64,000 bases of DNA from positions 13,764,001 to 13,828,000 of the forward strand of contig CM120649.1 in assembly GCA_051362555.1 (NCBI GenBank), in the 5' to 3' direction. Of the stretch, positions 63,120-64,000 are shown one piece after another. How positions within the stretch are numbered: the first letter of the stretch is position 1; each line of letters starts with the position of its first letter. The notes beneath the pieces were generated by a model. It saw nothing but the letters and a program-made list of their open reading frames with translations. It made no database searches and was not told the origin of the DNA. This DNA is from Lingula anatina (lineage: Eukaryota > Animalia > Brachiopoda). The translations under genes and the position numbers were made by a program.

Positions 63120-64000
63120 TGCATTTTTAATGAGTTGCTAGATTGCCATAGGAAAATGAATGAGTTCGCGATTCGTGGGTAATTCGTGAGAATTGACAAA
63201 CTAACGGCCTGATGCCGATAGACAGCAACGCTGTGCTTTGCTTCAAGCAACTCCTGACCAAATATCGCTAGGGTTTTTAAAAAAATTCTGTTGTACACAC
63301 GTACTAAGAAGTTTGCCGTATATTGCCTAGACTACCCTCAGCAAAACGCAAATATTTTCAGTTATAGTGATTTTAGACGGTAGATTCACTCAGAAACAAA
63401 GGGAAATTAATTCGTTGCCGATAGCACCAGCTGATAGCAGTAACATACAGAGTCTGATTAAAAAAATTCATGGCAATTGAAGATTTTTTACCACTGTACA
63501 ATGGAGTCCAAAAAGAGCACTTGGCACAAATGTAAAACTGCCCAGTGCAAGGCCAAGAATTCAATCCGTATTTTCAATCATATTATCAGATTCTACATAA
63601 ATTGACTGACCATATCACTACTCAGTATTTAACTAATCTCTTAATCCAAAATTCCTATCATCATTAAATAATTATGCAAAATTCTTCTTTCAGATTGCTA
63701 TCTATTTAAATTTTTAATGCTGCAACTGTTCCAAAATAATCTTGTAGTGAAGGAAAAATGCAAATAAGAAGTGGAAGACCAATTTTACCCACAGTGTTCA
63801 ATTATTTGAATATAAAAAGAATAAGATCACGATTTAACAAATTAAAATAATCTTTCATGAAATCTTTCATGAATAACATATTAAACAAAAATGAAAGTTA
63901 TAAATCAGTGGTAGGCCTAATGGCTTATTCTGGAATATATGACCTCTGTACATCATCAGTACCTGACTTGGTACAGTATAGTTACTACTTGGATACAGAG

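Noticed and set aside
62795-63564. Short minus-strand ORFs and a possible donor site at ~62791
   Set aside because: The ORFs arise from poly-G and (GT)n tracts, and no downstream exon could be linked.

Overview
Eukaryotic, AT-rich, intron-dense DNA, most likely from a marine invertebrate; the taxon cannot be fixed from sequence alone. I found no prokaryotic operon, CRISPR array, rRNA or tRNA. (1) About 3-11.3 kb is decayed mobile-element sequence: two copies of an SGNH/GDSL esterase cassette with its own CCAAT/TATA signals, LINE ORF1/ORF2 fragments, a pogo-like transposase tail, an OTU-like fragment and three Ulp1-like tails. (2) A complete 9-exon quinone oxidoreductase PIG3/TP53I3-like gene lies on the minus strand (11982-16251). 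It has an in-frame hydrophobic N-terminal extension and ends in KGEL. (3) A gag-only Gypsy LTR relic sits just upstream of it. (4) An ~18-22 kb tandem duplication carries two intact 22-exon genes for secreted VWDE-like proteins (D8C-VWD-EGF; 21769-41639, 957 aa; 43793-59907, 958 aa). (5) A small family of secreted F5/8-type-C (discoidin) genes on the opposite strand is interleaved with them: one intact gene nested in intron 8 of copy A, a deleted relic in intron 8 of copy B, and an intact paralogue tail-to-tail after copy B. Comparing the two copies shows several MITE insertions with empty sites and TSDs, and copy B has 8 N-glycosylation sequons against 3 in copy A. Gene models were assembled by hand from GT-AG sites and frame continuity; domain names come from motif recognition, not database searches.
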